A program made the translations under genes and the position numbers. A model generated the notes under the pieces. That model was not told the origin of the DNA. It saw only the letters and a program-made list of their open reading frames with translations, and made no database searches. Of a stretch of 32,000 bases of DNA, positions 15,525-26,450 are shown piece after piece. How positions within the stretch are numbered: position 1 is the stretch's first letter; the number at the start of each line of letters is the position of its first letter. Origin of the DNA: Geotalea daltonii FRC-32 (GTDB lineage: Bacteria > Desulfobacterota > Desulfuromonadia > Geobacterales > Geobacteraceae); assembly GCF_000022265.1 (NCBI RefSeq), contig NC_011979.1:3840001-3872000 (forward strand). Direction: 5' to 3'.

Positions 15525-17411
15525 TCATTCTTCATCTTCTGCAGGAATTTCATCCGTCTGCTCCACATCCTCTTTCTTAACCGGTTTTTTTATCACTCCT
15601 TTACCCTCGAAATAAGCCCTCAGGATGCGTCCGGCTATGGGAGCCGCGGCGGCGCCTCCGTGCTCGCCGTGTTCAATGACGACGCCGACCGCCACTTCAG
15701 GCTTTTCAAAGGGCGCAAAGGCTACAAAAAGGGCATGGTCGCGGAACTGGTAGGGAACATCACCCCTGCTGTCCCGAAGCTTTACCACTTGTGAAGTGCC
15801 GGTCTTGCCTGCCACCTTTACCTCATAGAGACGTGCCGCCCCACCGGTGCCGTGAGGCTCGTTGACGACGGCAGCCAACCCCTCTTTGACCAGTTTGTAT
15901 GTGGAAGGTTTTATTACGGCAGTGCCGATAGTTTCCGGTGCAAATTCCTTTAGCACCTTTCCGTCCGGATCTATTATCCGCTTCACAAGATGTGGCCGAT
16001 AGATGGCGCCTTCATTGGCAACGGTTGCTATCATCGAAGCAAGCTGGATGGGCGTTGTCAGCACATAGCCCTGGCCAATGGCGACGGAGAGCGTTTCGCC
16101 CCGGTACCACTTTTTGCCATACTTCTTGAACTTCCAGTCGGAAGTGGGTATCACTCCACTCTTCTCGTTATCGAGACCGACCCCCATGGTCTGGCCAAGG
16201 CCGAGCTTTCTGGCATATTGAGCGATCTTATCCACCCCCAGGCGCTCGCCCAGTTGGTAAAAATAGACGTCGCAGGATTGTCTCAGCGCTTTCTTCAGGT
16301 CGACTCGGCCGTGCCCTTTCTTTTCCCAGCATTTGAAGGTACTGTTGCCGAACTTGTACGAGCCGCTGCAGTTTACAGCAGTATGTTCATCGATCAGTCC
16401 CTCCTCCAGGCCGGCAATGGCCGTAACTATCTTGAAGGTGGAGCCGGGGGGGTATTGTCCCTTGAGAGCCTTGTTTTCCAGGGGATGCCGCTTGTCCTCA
16501 ACGTACGATTTCCACTGCTCGGGAGAAAGCCTGCCGGAAAAGAGAGCCGGGTCAAAGCCCGGATTGCTGGCAAAGGCAAGGATTTCGCCGCTGTTCACAT
16601 CGATAGCGACAGCAGCGCCTGCCTTGTCGCCAAAAGCTTCCTCTGCTGCTTTCTGCACATCAGTATCTATTGTGAGGACCAGGCTGTTGCCGATGGTGGG
16701 ACTGGTCTCCGTCACGGTCCGCAGAAACCTCCCTCGTGCATCGACCTCCACCTCCCGGCCGCCGTCGGCGCCATGGAGATCTGCTTCCCAATTCCGCTCA
16801 ATGCCGCTTTTGCCGATGTAGTCACCCAGATTATACTCGCTGAACCGCTCTTTAGCCATCTCCTGCTCGTTGATTTCTCCCAGGTAGCCAAGGAGGTGGG
16901 CGGCAAGAATACCGTTTGCATATGCGCGGATCGGTTTCATTTGAATGTCGACCCCGGCAAACAACCGCATGCGATTCTCTTCCAGGAACTCCAACTGGTC
17001 ACGACTGATGCCCGAAGCGACAATGATCGGATAATATTTCGCTCTCCCTCTGCCTTTGTCCCATTTCTGCACCAATTCATCCCGGTTCAGTCCCAGGTAT
17101 CTGGACAGGTTGTCGAGCAGGACCTCCTTGTCCTTGACGTCCTGTGGGATCAGCGCCACGCTGAACGAGGGGGTGTTGCTGACCAGAACCTTGCCGTTGC
17201 GATCCAGTATTGCGCCACGTGGCGCGGCAACCGGCACAAACCTTAGGCGATTATTCTCCGATTGATCGAGAAGATTATCCGATTCTATGATCTGCAGATA
17301 CCAGAGCCGGGTCAGAAGCAGGAAAAACATGGTTGCTGCTGCAAGTGAAAGACCGAAGATGCGCCTTTTCGGCTCCGCGTTTTCCCGGATGTAGCGTTGA
17401 TCCATTTTCAT
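15525..17411 (-). CDS. mrdA: penicillin-binding protein 2 (elongasome transpeptidase)
   Basis: SxxK (GSTFK), SxD/N (SCD) and KTG (GKTGTS) motifs, an N-terminal TM anchor, and mreD-mrdA-rodA synteny. Confidence 0.92.
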   Translation of the reverse strand: MKMDQRYIRENAEPKRRIFGLSLAAATMFFLLLTRLWYLQIIESDNLLDQSENNRLRFVPVAAPRGAILDRNGKVLVSNTPSFSVALIPQDVKDKEVLLDNLSRYLGLNRDELVQKWDKGRGRAKYYPIIVASGISRDQLEFLEENRMRLFAGVDIQMKPIRAYANGILAAHLLGYLGEINEQEMAKERFSEYNLGDYIGKSGIERNWEADLHGADGGREVEVDARGRFLRTVTETSPTIGNSLVLTIDTDVQKAAEEAFGDKAGAAVAIDVNSGEILAFASNPGFDPALFSGRLSPEQWKSYVEDKRHPLENKALKGQYPPGSTFKIVTAIAGLEEGLIDEHTAVNCSGSYKFGNSTFKCWEKKGHGRVDLKKALRQSCDVYFYQLGERLGVDKIAQYARKLGLGQTMGVGLDNEKSGVIPTSDWKFKKYGKKWYRGETLSVAIGQGYVLTTPIQLASMIATVANEGAIYRPHLVKRIIDPDGKVLKEFAPETIGTAVIKPSTYKLVKEGLAAVVNEPHGTGGAARLYEVKVAGKTGTSQVVKLRDSRGDVPYQFRDHALFVAFAPFEKPEVAVGVVIEHGEHGGAAAAPIAGRILRAYFEGKGVIKKPVKKEDVEQTDEIPAEDEE

Positions 17412-17897
17412 TTACGGTTCCTCTGCGACAACCGAGGCAGGCATCATGAAAATCAGGGAAGCGATCAGGGCATTGACAAGCGCCTGGGGAATCAACGACG
17501 ACAAAAGCGTTGCATAGATGCCGTTGGCTGCAGAGAAAATGAATAAAAGCAGCATGTTGAAAAGCCCCGTAACGATGGTGGCAAAAAAAACGGTCAACAC
17601 CATCAGATAGCGGCTGTCGGTATAGAGCCGGTCGGCTGTCTTATGGAGAGCATGGAAAATGCACAGATAGGAAAAACCATTGAGCCCGAAATAAATACCG
17701 CTGAAACAATCATGGAGAAGCCCCAGCGAGAAGGCAGCCAGTGCGCCGAAAGGGCTCTTGGAGCGTAGCCCCAGATATACAACCATGATAACCAGCAGGT
17801 TGGGATGAAAGGGGGCCAGCAGATAGTAGGGAAATACGGTTGTTTGCAGTAAGAGAACGGCAATGACGATGGAGAGAGCTTTGACAAATTTAATCAT
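17412..17897 (-). CDS. mreD: rod shape-determining protein MreD
   Basis: 161-aa polytopic membrane protein. Overlaps the mreC stop by 8 nt and abuts the mrdA start. Confidence 0.85.
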   Translation of the reverse strand: MIKFVKALSIVIAVLLLQTTVFPYYLLAPFHPNLLVIMVVYLGLRSKSPFGALAAFSLGLLHDCFSGIYFGLNGFSYLCIFHALHKTADRLYTDSRYLMVLTVFFATIVTGLFNMLLLFIFSAANGIYATLLSSLIPQALVNALIASLIFMMPASVVAEEP

Positions 17898-18714
17898 ATG
17901 TTTGCTGGAGGAGGACCAGTACCTCTTCTAGTCTGGATATATTCACTGCGGGCCTTACCTCTACCGTCTGAAAGATACCATAGGCACCTTTTTTCACCAT
18001 GGTAACTTCACCAACTTTTAAACCCTTGGGAAAGCCACCGCCAACACCGGAGGTAACGATAACATCCCCCACCTTCACATCTTCGTCACGCAGGGTGAAC
18101 TCCAGTGAGCAGCGGCCATCGCCGGTCCCCTTCACCACTCCTCTGGCCCTTGAACGCTGCACTACAGCCGCTATGCCGCTGGCATGGTCGGTCAGAAGGA
18201 GCACCCGTGAGCTTTCTGCCGCTACCTTGACCAGTCGGCCTATAACCCCGTCAACGGCAACTACCGGCATCCCTTCCTGAAGCCCTTCGGCTGCTCCGCG
18301 ATCTAGAAACAGCGTCTTGAACCAGGGAGACCCATCTTCACCAATGACACCTGCCGCCAGAGAAGGAACCTGGGTGGAGGTTTTCAACTCCAACAGGCTT
18401 TTCAACCGCTCATTGGCCATGAGCGCTTCGCGGCTTTCCGTTTCGCGGGCATTGTATAATTTGATGATCCGCCGCAGCTCCTTATTTTCCCTGCGTACGT
18501 TCACCAGGTCAAGGTAATCTGACCATAGGCCGGAAAAAAAACCATTGCCCGCCGAGCCCAGCTTCGATGCCGGCGCCATCACATTCATGACGCTTCGCTC
18601 AAGCGGACCGGCATGTTCCCTGTTTTTTAGGTGCAGTGAGTAGAAGATGAGGGCGGCCAGAAGCGATAGTCCGACCAGAAGGTAAACCTTGTATTTGTTG
18701 AACAGCTCTATCAT
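17890..18714 (-). CDS. mreC: rod shape-determining protein MreC
   Basis: N-terminal TM anchor, a coiled-coil segment (ENKELRRIIKLYNARETE..LMANERLKSLLE), then a beta-barrel region (GMPVV..GVIGRLV, GDVIVTSG..FPKGLKVGEV). Confidence 0.9.
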   Translation of the reverse strand: MIELFNKYKVYLLVGLSLLAALIFYSLHLKNREHAGPLERSVMNVMAPASKLGSAGNGFFSGLWSDYLDLVNVRRENKELRRIIKLYNARETESREALMANERLKSLLELKTSTQVPSLAAGVIGEDGSPWFKTLFLDRGAAEGLQEGMPVVAVDGVIGRLVKVAAESSRVLLLTDHASGIAAVVQRSRARGVVKGTGDGRCSLEFTLRDEDVKVGDVIVTSGVGGGFPKGLKVGEVTMVKKGAYGIFQTVEVRPAVNISRLEEVLVLLQQTYD

Positions 18715-18787
18715 GTGCGCTCTGGAAAATTTAAAGGGAGGCGGATGTTCCCCCTGAAATTTTCAGCTGATGTGATCCCAATTGCAT

Positions 18788-19264
18788 TCAGTCCAGAACA
18801 AAAGGAGAAGAGGCGACATCCTCGTGGCGAATTTCATCCACGGGCTGTTTTTTGTTTTCACCGGCAAAGAGCTTGTTGGGGGCATTGAAAACAATGCCGT
18901 TGCCGATACCCACGTTCTTGTAGGCATGCACCACCCCCGGCGGCACGGTCATCATCATCGGCACGTCCTGGCCGGCAAAGATAACCTGCTTTACGCCATA
19001 GGTGGGAGAATTTTTGCGATTGTCCCACAGGTAGATCTTGAAGTTGGAAGGACCGATAAAGCAGAAGTAGTCCGTCTGATCCACATGCTCATGGGGTCCG
19101 CGGGCTACTCCCGGCTGAGTCATTGAGATATACGCCATTACCGGCATTATCTCCTCGGCAATTTCGTCAGAGCGGTACAGTTCGGCCAGCCAGCCCCTTT
19201 CGTCCAGATATTTTGTCAGGGGCCTTACCAGCACGTCATGGATCTTGCCTTTTTTGAATTCCAT
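18788..19264 (-). CDS. rfbC: dTDP-4-dehydrorhamnose 3,5-epimerase family (cupin) protein
   Basis: I place the start at MEFKKGKIHDVLVRPL (ATG 19264..19262), 1 nt after the rfbA stop. The longer ORF to 19372 would overlap rfbA by 107 nt. Cupin-type sequence: DERGWLAELYR..PGVARGPHEH. Confidence 0.8.
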   Translation of the reverse strand: MEFKKGKIHDVLVRPLTKYLDERGWLAELYRSDEIAEEIMPVMAYISMTQPGVARGPHEHVDQTDYFCFIGPSNFKIYLWDNRKNSPTYGVKQVIFAGQDVPMMMTVPPGVVHAYKNVGIGNGIVFNAPNKLFAGENKKQPVDEIRHEDVASSPFVLD

Positions 19265-19265
19265 T

Positions 19266-20159
19266 TTATTTGCTCCCACAAAGTTCATTTTCGTTGTAAA
19301 CGTGCTGCAGATAATCACGATAACTGGATTTGGGAGTATTGGCGATAGCCTCGGCCATGCCCTTGCAGTCAATGAATCCCAGACGGAGGGCTATCTCTTC
19401 CAGACAGGCGATCTTCAGTCCCTGGCGCATTTCCAGCGTGCCGATAAAATGGCTGGCTTCCAGCAAACTCTGGTGGGTTCCGGTATCCAGCCAGGCAATG
19501 CCGCGCCCCAGCTTCTCCACCTGCAGCTCGCCCCGGCGCAGATACTCAAGATTCACGTCGGTAATTTCCAGCTCCCCCCGTGGGGAAGGTTTCATGGCTT
19601 TTGCTATCTCCACCACCTTGCCATCATAGAGATAAAGTCCGGGCACGGCATAATTGGTCTTCGGCAGCTGGGGCTTTTCCTCAATGCTTACCGCCCGGCC
19701 CAGGCTGTCGAACTCAACCACACCATAGCGCTCAGGATCCTGCACATAGTAGCCGAAGATCTTCGCCCCGCCGCGGAATTCGGCAACGGCCCTATCCAGC
19801 CCCATTTTACCGTAAAAAATGTTATCTCCCAGAATCAGGCAGACCGGGTCGGCGCCTATAAACCGCTCACCGATGATGAACGCCTGGGCAATGCCTTTAG
19901 GCTCAGGCTGCACCTCGTAGGTGAGACGGATGCCCCAGCGGGAACCGTCCCCCAGCAGATCACGGAACCGGGGCGTATCGTGGGGAGTGGAAATGATGAG
20001 AATGTCGTTTATTCCTGCCATCATCAAGGTGGCAAGGGGATAATAAATCATCGGCTTGTCGTAGACCGGCTGCAGCTGTTTACTTGCAACAAGCGTCAGC
20101 GGATACAACCTGCTTCCCGCTCCGCCGGCAAGAAGAATCCCTTTTTTGATCCCTTTCAT
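19266..20159 (-). CDS. rfbA: glucose-1-phosphate thymidylyltransferase
   Basis: [33 protein letters not shown] and LGDNIFYG match the classic RmlA signature. Confidence 0.93.
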   Translation of the reverse strand: MKGIKKGILLAGGAGSRLYPLTLVASKQLQPVYDKPMIYYPLATLMMAGINDILIISTPHDTPRFRDLLGDGSRWGIRLTYEVQPEPKGIAQAFIIGERFIGADPVCLILGDNIFYGKMGLDRAVAEFRGGAKIFGYYVQDPERYGVVEFDSLGRAVSIEEKPQLPKTNYAVPGLYLYDGKVVEIAKAMKPSPRGELEITDVNLEYLRRGELQVEKLGRGIAWLDTGTHQSLLEASHFIGTLEMRQGLKIACLEEIALRLGFIDCKGMAEAIANTPKSSYRDYLQHVYNENELCGSK

Positions 20160-20225
20160 AGCGCCCCTTCCAGCACATTCAAAATATTAAAACCTTTATT
20201 TTCTAGCATATTGCCTGAAAGGTCG

Positions 20226-20816
20226 TCAAACACTAATGTTTATCGGCAATGGTGGCATCCCTTCGATAATAACAAGACTGGCAGCCATAATATCATCAAA
20301 GGCCTTGATATCGTGTGGCAGAAGCTGTTCCTCGGCTTGTCCGTAGCCGGTTCTGACCAGAAGGGGCCGACATCCGGCGGCAAGCCCTGCTTCAATATCG
20401 GCAAGCTTGTCGCCGACCATGAAAGAGGCGGCAAGATCGATGTCCAGGTCCTTGGCAGCCTGAAGAAGCATGCCCGGCAAGGGTTTGCGGCAGGCGCATT
20501 CTTTGCGGTAATGGCCAGTGCCGTGCTTCGGGTGGTGGGGGCAAAAATACCAGGCATCAATCCGTGCTCCTTCCTTGGCCAATTCCTTTTCCATATGACA
20601 ATGGAGCTTTTCCAGCTTCAGCTCGTCATAATAGCCCCTGCCGATTCCGGACTGGTTGGTGACCACGACAACGAGGAAACCGGCCTCATTCAACAACCTG
20701 ATAGCTTCCGGCGCATCGGGGATCATCTGAAAATCCTCGATCCGGTACAGATACTCCTTCTCCACGTTGATTGTGCCATCCCGGTCAAGAAAAACGGCCC
20801 GCCTGGTTCCTGTCAT
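20226..20816 (-). CDS. gmhB: D-glycero-D-manno-heptose 1,7-bisphosphate phosphatase
   Basis: HAD motif FLDRDGTIN, TNQSGIGRGYY, and the Zn-binding insert CPHHP..C.CRKP. Confidence 0.85.
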   Translation of the reverse strand: MTGTRRAVFLDRDGTINVEKEYLYRIEDFQMIPDAPEAIRLLNEAGFLVVVVTNQSGIGRGYYDELKLEKLHCHMEKELAKEGARIDAWYFCPHHPKHGTGHYRKECACRKPLPGMLLQAAKDLDIDLAASFMVGDKLADIEAGLAAGCRPLLVRTGYGQAEEQLLPHDIKAFDDIMAASLVIIEGMPPLPINISV

Positions 20817-20828
20817 CTCACCACCAGC

Positions 20829-21407
20829 CTAGCGCCTCTCACCGAACAACCGCTTCTCCAGCAGGTCACACAGGATATGGATAATGGTGATGTGCCCCTC
20901 CTGAACTCTGGGGGTATCGTCGCATGGGACCGTTATAGGAACGTCTACTATTTCGGCAATGGTTCCACCATCCCTGCCCAGAAGGCCGATGGTCCGGCAA
21001 CCCAGTTCGTCGGCAACGAGAAGGGCTTTATACACATTCTTCGAAGTTCCGCTTGTGGAAATTCCCACTACCACATCTCCCGGTCTGGCAAGAGCTTCAA
21101 TCTGGCGACTGAAGATATTTTCGAATCCATAGTCATTGCCGATGGCGGTTAGGATGGATGTATCGGTAGTAAGGGCAATGGCGGGAAGACCGCGACGTTC
21201 CATCTTGAAGCGGCCTACCAGCTCCGCCACCAAGTGCTGGGCATCCGCTGCAGACCCGCCATTTCCCATTACCAGCAATTTTTTGCCATTGCCAAGGGCA
21301 TCGGCCAACAGCTCGACAACTGCCGCAATCTTTGGTGAAAGTTCCTGACCGATGGATTCCATCACCTTCTGATGGGAATGTATCTGGCTCTTAATCTCTT
21401 CTATCAT
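20829..21407 (-). CDS. gmhA: phosphoheptose (sedoheptulose-7-phosphate) isomerase
   Basis: SIS domain: MGNGGSAADAQHLVAELVGRF, LTTDTSILTAIGNDYGFENIFSRQ and GISTSGTSKNV. Confidence 0.88.
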   Translation of the reverse strand: MIEEIKSQIHSHQKVMESIGQELSPKIAAVVELLADALGNGKKLLVMGNGGSAADAQHLVAELVGRFKMERRGLPAIALTTDTSILTAIGNDYGFENIFSRQIEALARPGDVVVGISTSGTSKNVYKALLVADELGCRTIGLLGRDGGTIAEIVDVPITVPCDDTPRVQEGHITIIHILCDLLEKRLFGERR

Positions 21408-22434
21408 CGCATCTCCTTATCCTGCTCTCCAGTTCGGCAAATGGCAGCAGAGGCGCTTCACCCGTATAGCTCATGCCGTCTATACCGGCTACGACAATTG
21501 TCTCGGGGGCCTCCGATAATATCCGGCTTATCATTTTCTGTACGGTTCCGGCAGTGTGGAAAAAGGGCACGGCATGGATGGTGATATTTTCATGCAAACT
21601 GCCATGGCCTGATTTCATCAGGAGCGTGTGCAGGTGGGACGGCACAATGAAGTGAAAAAGGCAGCCTTGCCGGGCAGCCGGCAGAAGAAGCTCGATCCGG
21701 CAACGAACCATCTCCGGATCAGTGCCCTTTGGCATCAGCAGACAATATGAGGAGTCCTGCCCCCACCTGACCCTGAATTCGGCAATGGTCTTCTGCAGAT
21801 TTTCCCGACGCCTGGTCTCTGAGCCAAGTTGCACCTCCTCCTCATACTGGACGTCCGCGCCCGGCACAAGAAAAGTGAAAGATCCCGATCGACAGGCCCT
21901 GCGTGCATAGTCCCTGAGACACCAGGTGCCTCCGTCCATCCCCTCGTCAAAACCGCCGATGGCATCATAGAGACTCTTTCTGATGAGCATGGCGGCAAAT
22001 GACCCCTGGGCAACTTCAATGGCGGCAATCTGCTTGCCCTTGACCTTCCCCCGCCCCTTCAGCACAAGACCAGGCACAATCAGCCCAGCGTCTTTCCTTT
22101 GCCGCGCAAATTCCAGCAGCGGCTCAAGCCAGCCCGGCCCAACCAAGGAAGTATTCTTCACTATGAACAGGTACTCCGCCTCCCCTTTTTCCAGTCCCCT
22201 GTTCAGGGCCTTCACCAGTCCCTGGTTCACGTCGTTTCGCAGGAGGAATGCCCGGTCATCAAGCCCTTCTGAAAATTCCTGCAGCAGCTTTTCCGTTTCC
22301 CGGTCACTGCCGTTGTCCACCATAATTAATCTGGCATTGGGAGAATGATTGAGGAGGTTGACAAGACAGTTACGTGTCTCAATCGGCCTGTTCCACACAG
22401 GCACAATGATGTCAATTGCCGGTTGAGTCATCAC
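21391..22434 (-). CDS. family-2 glycosyltransferase with ~110-aa C-terminal extension
   Basis: IDIIVPVWNR, MVDNGSDRET and a DxD-like region are typical of GT2. 17-nt overlap with the gmhA start. Confidence 0.8.
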   Translation of the reverse strand: MMTQPAIDIIVPVWNRPIETRNCLVNLLNHSPNARLIMVDNGSDRETEKLLQEFSEGLDDRAFLLRNDVNQGLVKALNRGLEKGEAEYLFIVKNTSLVGPGWLEPLLEFARQRKDAGLIVPGLVLKGRGKVKGKQIAAIEVAQGSFAAMLIRKSLYDAIGGFDEGMDGGTWCLRDYARRACRSGSFTFLVPGADVQYEEEVQLGSETRRRENLQKTIAEFRVRWGQDSSYCLLMPKGTDPEMVRCRIELLLPAARQGCLFHFIVPSHLHTLLMKSGHGSLHENITIHAVPFFHTAGTVQKMISRILSEAPETIVVAGIDGMSYTGEAPLLPFAELESRIRRCDDRRD

Positions 22435-22496
22435 AGTTCCACATTTGATGTAAAGGTTGGGATAGTAAGAGGGTAGGACACGTTATCTCTGGTGGG

Positions 22497-22528
22497 AAAG
22501 GCAGGGGCCGGAATACCGAGCCCCTGCC
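22497..22528 (-). terminator. stem-loop after mreB (weak intrinsic terminator)
   Basis: 9-bp GC-rich stem GGCAGGGGC (22500-22508) / GCCCCTGCC (22520-22528). In minus sense only TTT follows, then CCC. Confidence 0.4.
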
Positions 22529-22546
22529 GTTGCCTCTGTGTTTGGA

Positions 22547-23608
<1,062 letters not shown>

Positions 23609-23816
23609 TTAAATACTTAGTCGTTGACGCAAACTAAAGAACAATAACAAAAAGCCCCTCTTCATGCAAGAGAGAAAATCTCGTCTTTACACAATTTAAA
23701 AATGAACCGACTTTGATCAAAAACAAGGCCTCTGAAGTGAAAAACAATGCTCCTCCTCCGACAGTAGTGAGAGGTCGAACTCTCGTGAGAACCTCATGAA
23801 TACAGCCATTCTCCTG

Positions 23817-23845
23817 TTGCTTTTGCAATTAAAGTATATTACTAT
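23817..23845 (+). promoter_or_regulatory. candidate sigma70-type promoter for the PpiD-like gene
   Basis: TTGCTT (23817-23822), a 17-nt spacer, then TACTAT (23840-23845), 56 nt upstream of the ATG at 23901. Motif match only. Confidence 0.3.
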
Positions 23846-23900
23846 TCGACCCGTTGCATAAGGCTTAAAGCTAATTTCCCCGAAAAGGAGTCCCACCGCA

Positions 23901-25481
23901 ATGCTTGGTATAATGAGGAAATACAAACAATCCGTCCTTATCAAGATTGTTTTCTGCATCATCGTCTTATCCTTCGTCGGCACCATCTTTCTGGTATGGG
24001 GAAGAGGCGACGAAACCACTGGCGGGGATTTCGCCGCAAAGGTAAACGGAACCAAAATATCAATGGACGACTACCTGAAGAATTACGATCGGATGAAAAG
24101 CCTTTATCAACAGATCTACGGACAAGCCATGACGCCAGACCTGGAAAAGCAGCTGGGTATCCGCAAAATGGCCATTAACAGCCTGATCGACAATGCCCTG
24201 ATCGTCAAGGAAGCAAAACGGATGGGCATAGCGGTAAACAAGGATGAAATAGCCAACGAGATAGCCAAGGTACCGGCCTTTCAAAAGGACGGTGTTTTCA
24301 ACTTCGACCAGTATACCCAGATGCTCAAGGCTTACCGGATGACCCCTGCCAACTTCGAAGAGGGACAGGAGCAGGAAATGCTGGTGAAGAAAGCCAGGGA
24401 AAAGGTCAAGGAGCGGGCCACGGTCAGCGATCAGGACCTGCAGCAGGCTTTCAACAAGCAGAATGACAAGGTAGATCTTTCTTTCATTTCCTTTTCCCCC
24501 AGTGACGTCAAGAACGAAGTGAAAGTGACCGATCAGGATCTCACCACGTACCTGCAGGGACATGAGAAAGAATTCCAGACCCCGGAGAAGGTCAGCATTG
24601 CCTATGCCCTTGTAAGTCCTTCCCGCTTTTCCTCAAAGGCGACGGTAACCGATGAAGAGGCTGAAACCTACTACCGGAAAAACATCGACCGCTACCAGGG
24701 CAAAGGAGGCATCCTTCCCTTCGCTGAGGTGAAAGACCGGGCCAAGGCAGACGCCATTAAACAGAAGGGTACCAGGGAAGCCTACGAAACGGTAGCCGAC
24801 ACCATTAACAAAAACCTGAAAGGTGGTGACATAAAAGCCGCTGCCGCCAGTCTCGGTGTGAAAGTCGACGAGACCCCGCTCTTTACGGCAAAGACAGCCC
24901 CAGCACCACTGGCCGACGAAGGCGAGGTCATCAAAAGAGCATTCCTCCTCAAGCAGGGGGAACTTGGCGGACCGATCGAGACTGCCAAAGGAATTTACAT
25001 CATCAAAGTCATGGAGAAAAAACCTGCTGCAGTACCCCCCCTGGCCGAGATCAAAGGTCAGCTCACCCAGAAGGTCACTGAAGAAAAGGCCCGAGAGCTG
25101 GCAAAGAAGAAGGCTGAAGAAGCACTTGCACAACTGGCCAAAGGGACCGGCACGGTGAAGACCCAGGAAACAGGAGCTTTTGCCTATGCCGCCAATGGCG
25201 TCATCCCCCGCATCGGTACCTCCCCCGATCTGATGGAAGCCGCCTTTAATCTAACCGCTGCAGCCCCCACACCGAAAAACACCTTCAAGGCCGGGGATCG
25301 CTGGTACGCGGTCAAACTCAAGCAGCGCATCGAGCTCAACCGTGCTGATTTCCAGAAGAACAAGGAACAGATCAGACAGACCCTGCTGCCGAAGAAGCAA
25401 CAGGAGGCTTTGGACAACTGGATGAAAGAATTGAAAGCCAAGGCCAAAATACAAATTAATCCATCTATACTTTCTGATTAG
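23901..25481 (+). CDS. PpiD-like periplasmic chaperone / peptidyl-prolyl isomerase family protein (SurA_N-type)
   Basis: N-terminus MRKYKQSVLIKIVFCIIVLSFVG (anchor). The SurA_N-like segment has INGTKISMDDY..., then long K/E-rich helical regions. 526 aa, typical of PpiD. A rotamase core is not clearly recognisable by eye. Confidence 0.75.
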   Translation: MLGIMRKYKQSVLIKIVFCIIVLSFVGTIFLVWGRGDETTGGDFAAKVNGTKISMDDYLKNYDRMKSLYQQIYGQAMTPDLEKQLGIRKMAINSLIDNALIVKEAKRMGIAVNKDEIANEIAKVPAFQKDGVFNFDQYTQMLKAYRMTPANFEEGQEQEMLVKKAREKVKERATVSDQDLQQAFNKQNDKVDLSFISFSPSDVKNEVKVTDQDLTTYLQGHEKEFQTPEKVSIAYALVSPSRFSSKATVTDEEAETYYRKNIDRYQGKGGILPFAEVKDRAKADAIKQKGTREAYETVADTINKNLKGGDIKAAAASLGVKVDETPLFTAKTAPAPLADEGEVIKRAFLLKQGELGGPIETAKGIYIIKVMEKKPAAVPPLAEIKGQLTQKVTEEKARELAKKKAEEALAQLAKGTGTVKTQETGAFAYAANGVIPRIGTSPDLMEAAFNLTAAAPTPKNTFKAGDRWYAVKLKQRIELNRADFQKNKEQIRQTLLPKKQQEALDNWMKELKAKAKIQINPSILSD

Positions 25482-25502
25482 CAATTTAAAGGAGTTAAAG
25501 AT

Positions 25503-26393
25503 ATGTCCAAACTTGTGTTGACTACAGACTTCCCCGACCTGAAACTTGCCGCACGGGGCAAGGTGCGTGATATCTACGATCTGGGCGAGACGCTCCTCAT
25601 TGTCACCACCGACCGCATTTCCGCCTTCGATGTCATCATGAACGAAGGGATCCCGGACAAGGGATATGTCCTCACCCAGATCTCCGCCTTCTGGTTCAGG
25701 CAGATGGAGGACATTATCAAAAACCACATCATCTCCACCGAAGTGAAGGATTTCCCGTCGGCGTGCCAGAAGTATGCTGATATCCTGGAAGGCCGTTCCA
25801 TGCTGGTGAAGAAGGCCAAGCCCCTACCCGCCGAGTGCATCGTTCGCGGTTATATCTCAGGCTCAGGCTGGAAGGATTACAAGGCCACCGGCTCCATCTG
25901 CGGCATCAAGCTGCCAGAAGGACTTAAAGAATCCGACCGGCTGCCCCAGCCTATCTTCACCCCTTCGACCAAGGCAGAGCTGGGTACCCATGACGAAAAC
26001 ATTTCCTTCGAGAAAATGGTGGAGCTGTGCGGAAAAGAAACCGCCGAAAAAGTCAGGGATGTAACCCTGAAGATCTATATGAAAGCCCGCGACATCGCCG
26101 ACACCAAGGGTATCATCATCGCCGACACCAAATTTGAATACGGCATTTACAACGGAGAACTGATCATCATCGACGAGTGCATGACACCGGACTCCAGCCG
26201 TTTCTGGCCAAAGGACAGTTACCATCCCGGCGGGCCGCAACCCAGCTTCGACAAGCAGTTCCTGCGGGACTACCTGGAAACCCTGGACTGGAACAAATCA
26301 GCCCCTGCTCCGCCACTGCCTGAAGAGATTGTCAGAAAGACAGGCGAAAAATACATGGAGGCGCTGGTAAAGCTTACGGGAAAAGGAAAGTAG
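25503..26393 (+). CDS. purC: phosphoribosylaminoimidazole-succinocarboxamide (SAICAR) synthase
   Basis: [34 protein letters not shown] and [12 protein letters not shown]. Confidence 0.95.
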
Positions 26394-26394
26394 T

Positions 26395-26430
26395 AAAAAA
26401 GCCCCGATCGGAAACGGTCGGGGCTTTTTT
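26395..26430. terminator. bidirectional rho-independent terminator between purC and the convergent yyaL-like gene
   Basis: AAAAAA-GCCCCGAtCG-GAAA-CGgTCGGGGC-TTTTTT, lying 2 nt after the purC stop. Confidence 0.8.
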
Positions 26431-26450
26431 ATGCAGAAAATGACAGAAAA

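Noticed and set aside
18788-19372. N-terminally extended versions of several ORFs: rfbC to 19372, YtxH to 29923 and the PstS-like gene to 7500.
   Set aside because: The extensions overlap upstream genes or lack an RBS. The internal ATGs have good Shine-Dalgarno sequences and give N-termini typical of each family.
19245-21152. A 635-aa plus-strand ORF spanning rfbA, gmhB and gmhA.
   Set aside because: It is strikingly long but exactly antisense to three genes with unmistakable family signatures. It crosses two intergenic gaps, has no RBS, and has no recognisable motif. I treat it as a shadow frame created by codon bias. The same reasoning applies to 15990..17246 (antisense to mrdA), 9928..10797 (antisense to the kinase) and 11739..12404 (antisense to amrS).
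23634-24055. Minus-strand ORFs of 64 and 112 aa in the mreB / PpiD-like divergent region.
   Set aside because: They lie in AT-rich promoter DNA. The 112-aa ORF overlaps the start of the PpiD-like gene. Neither has an RBS or recognisable motifs.
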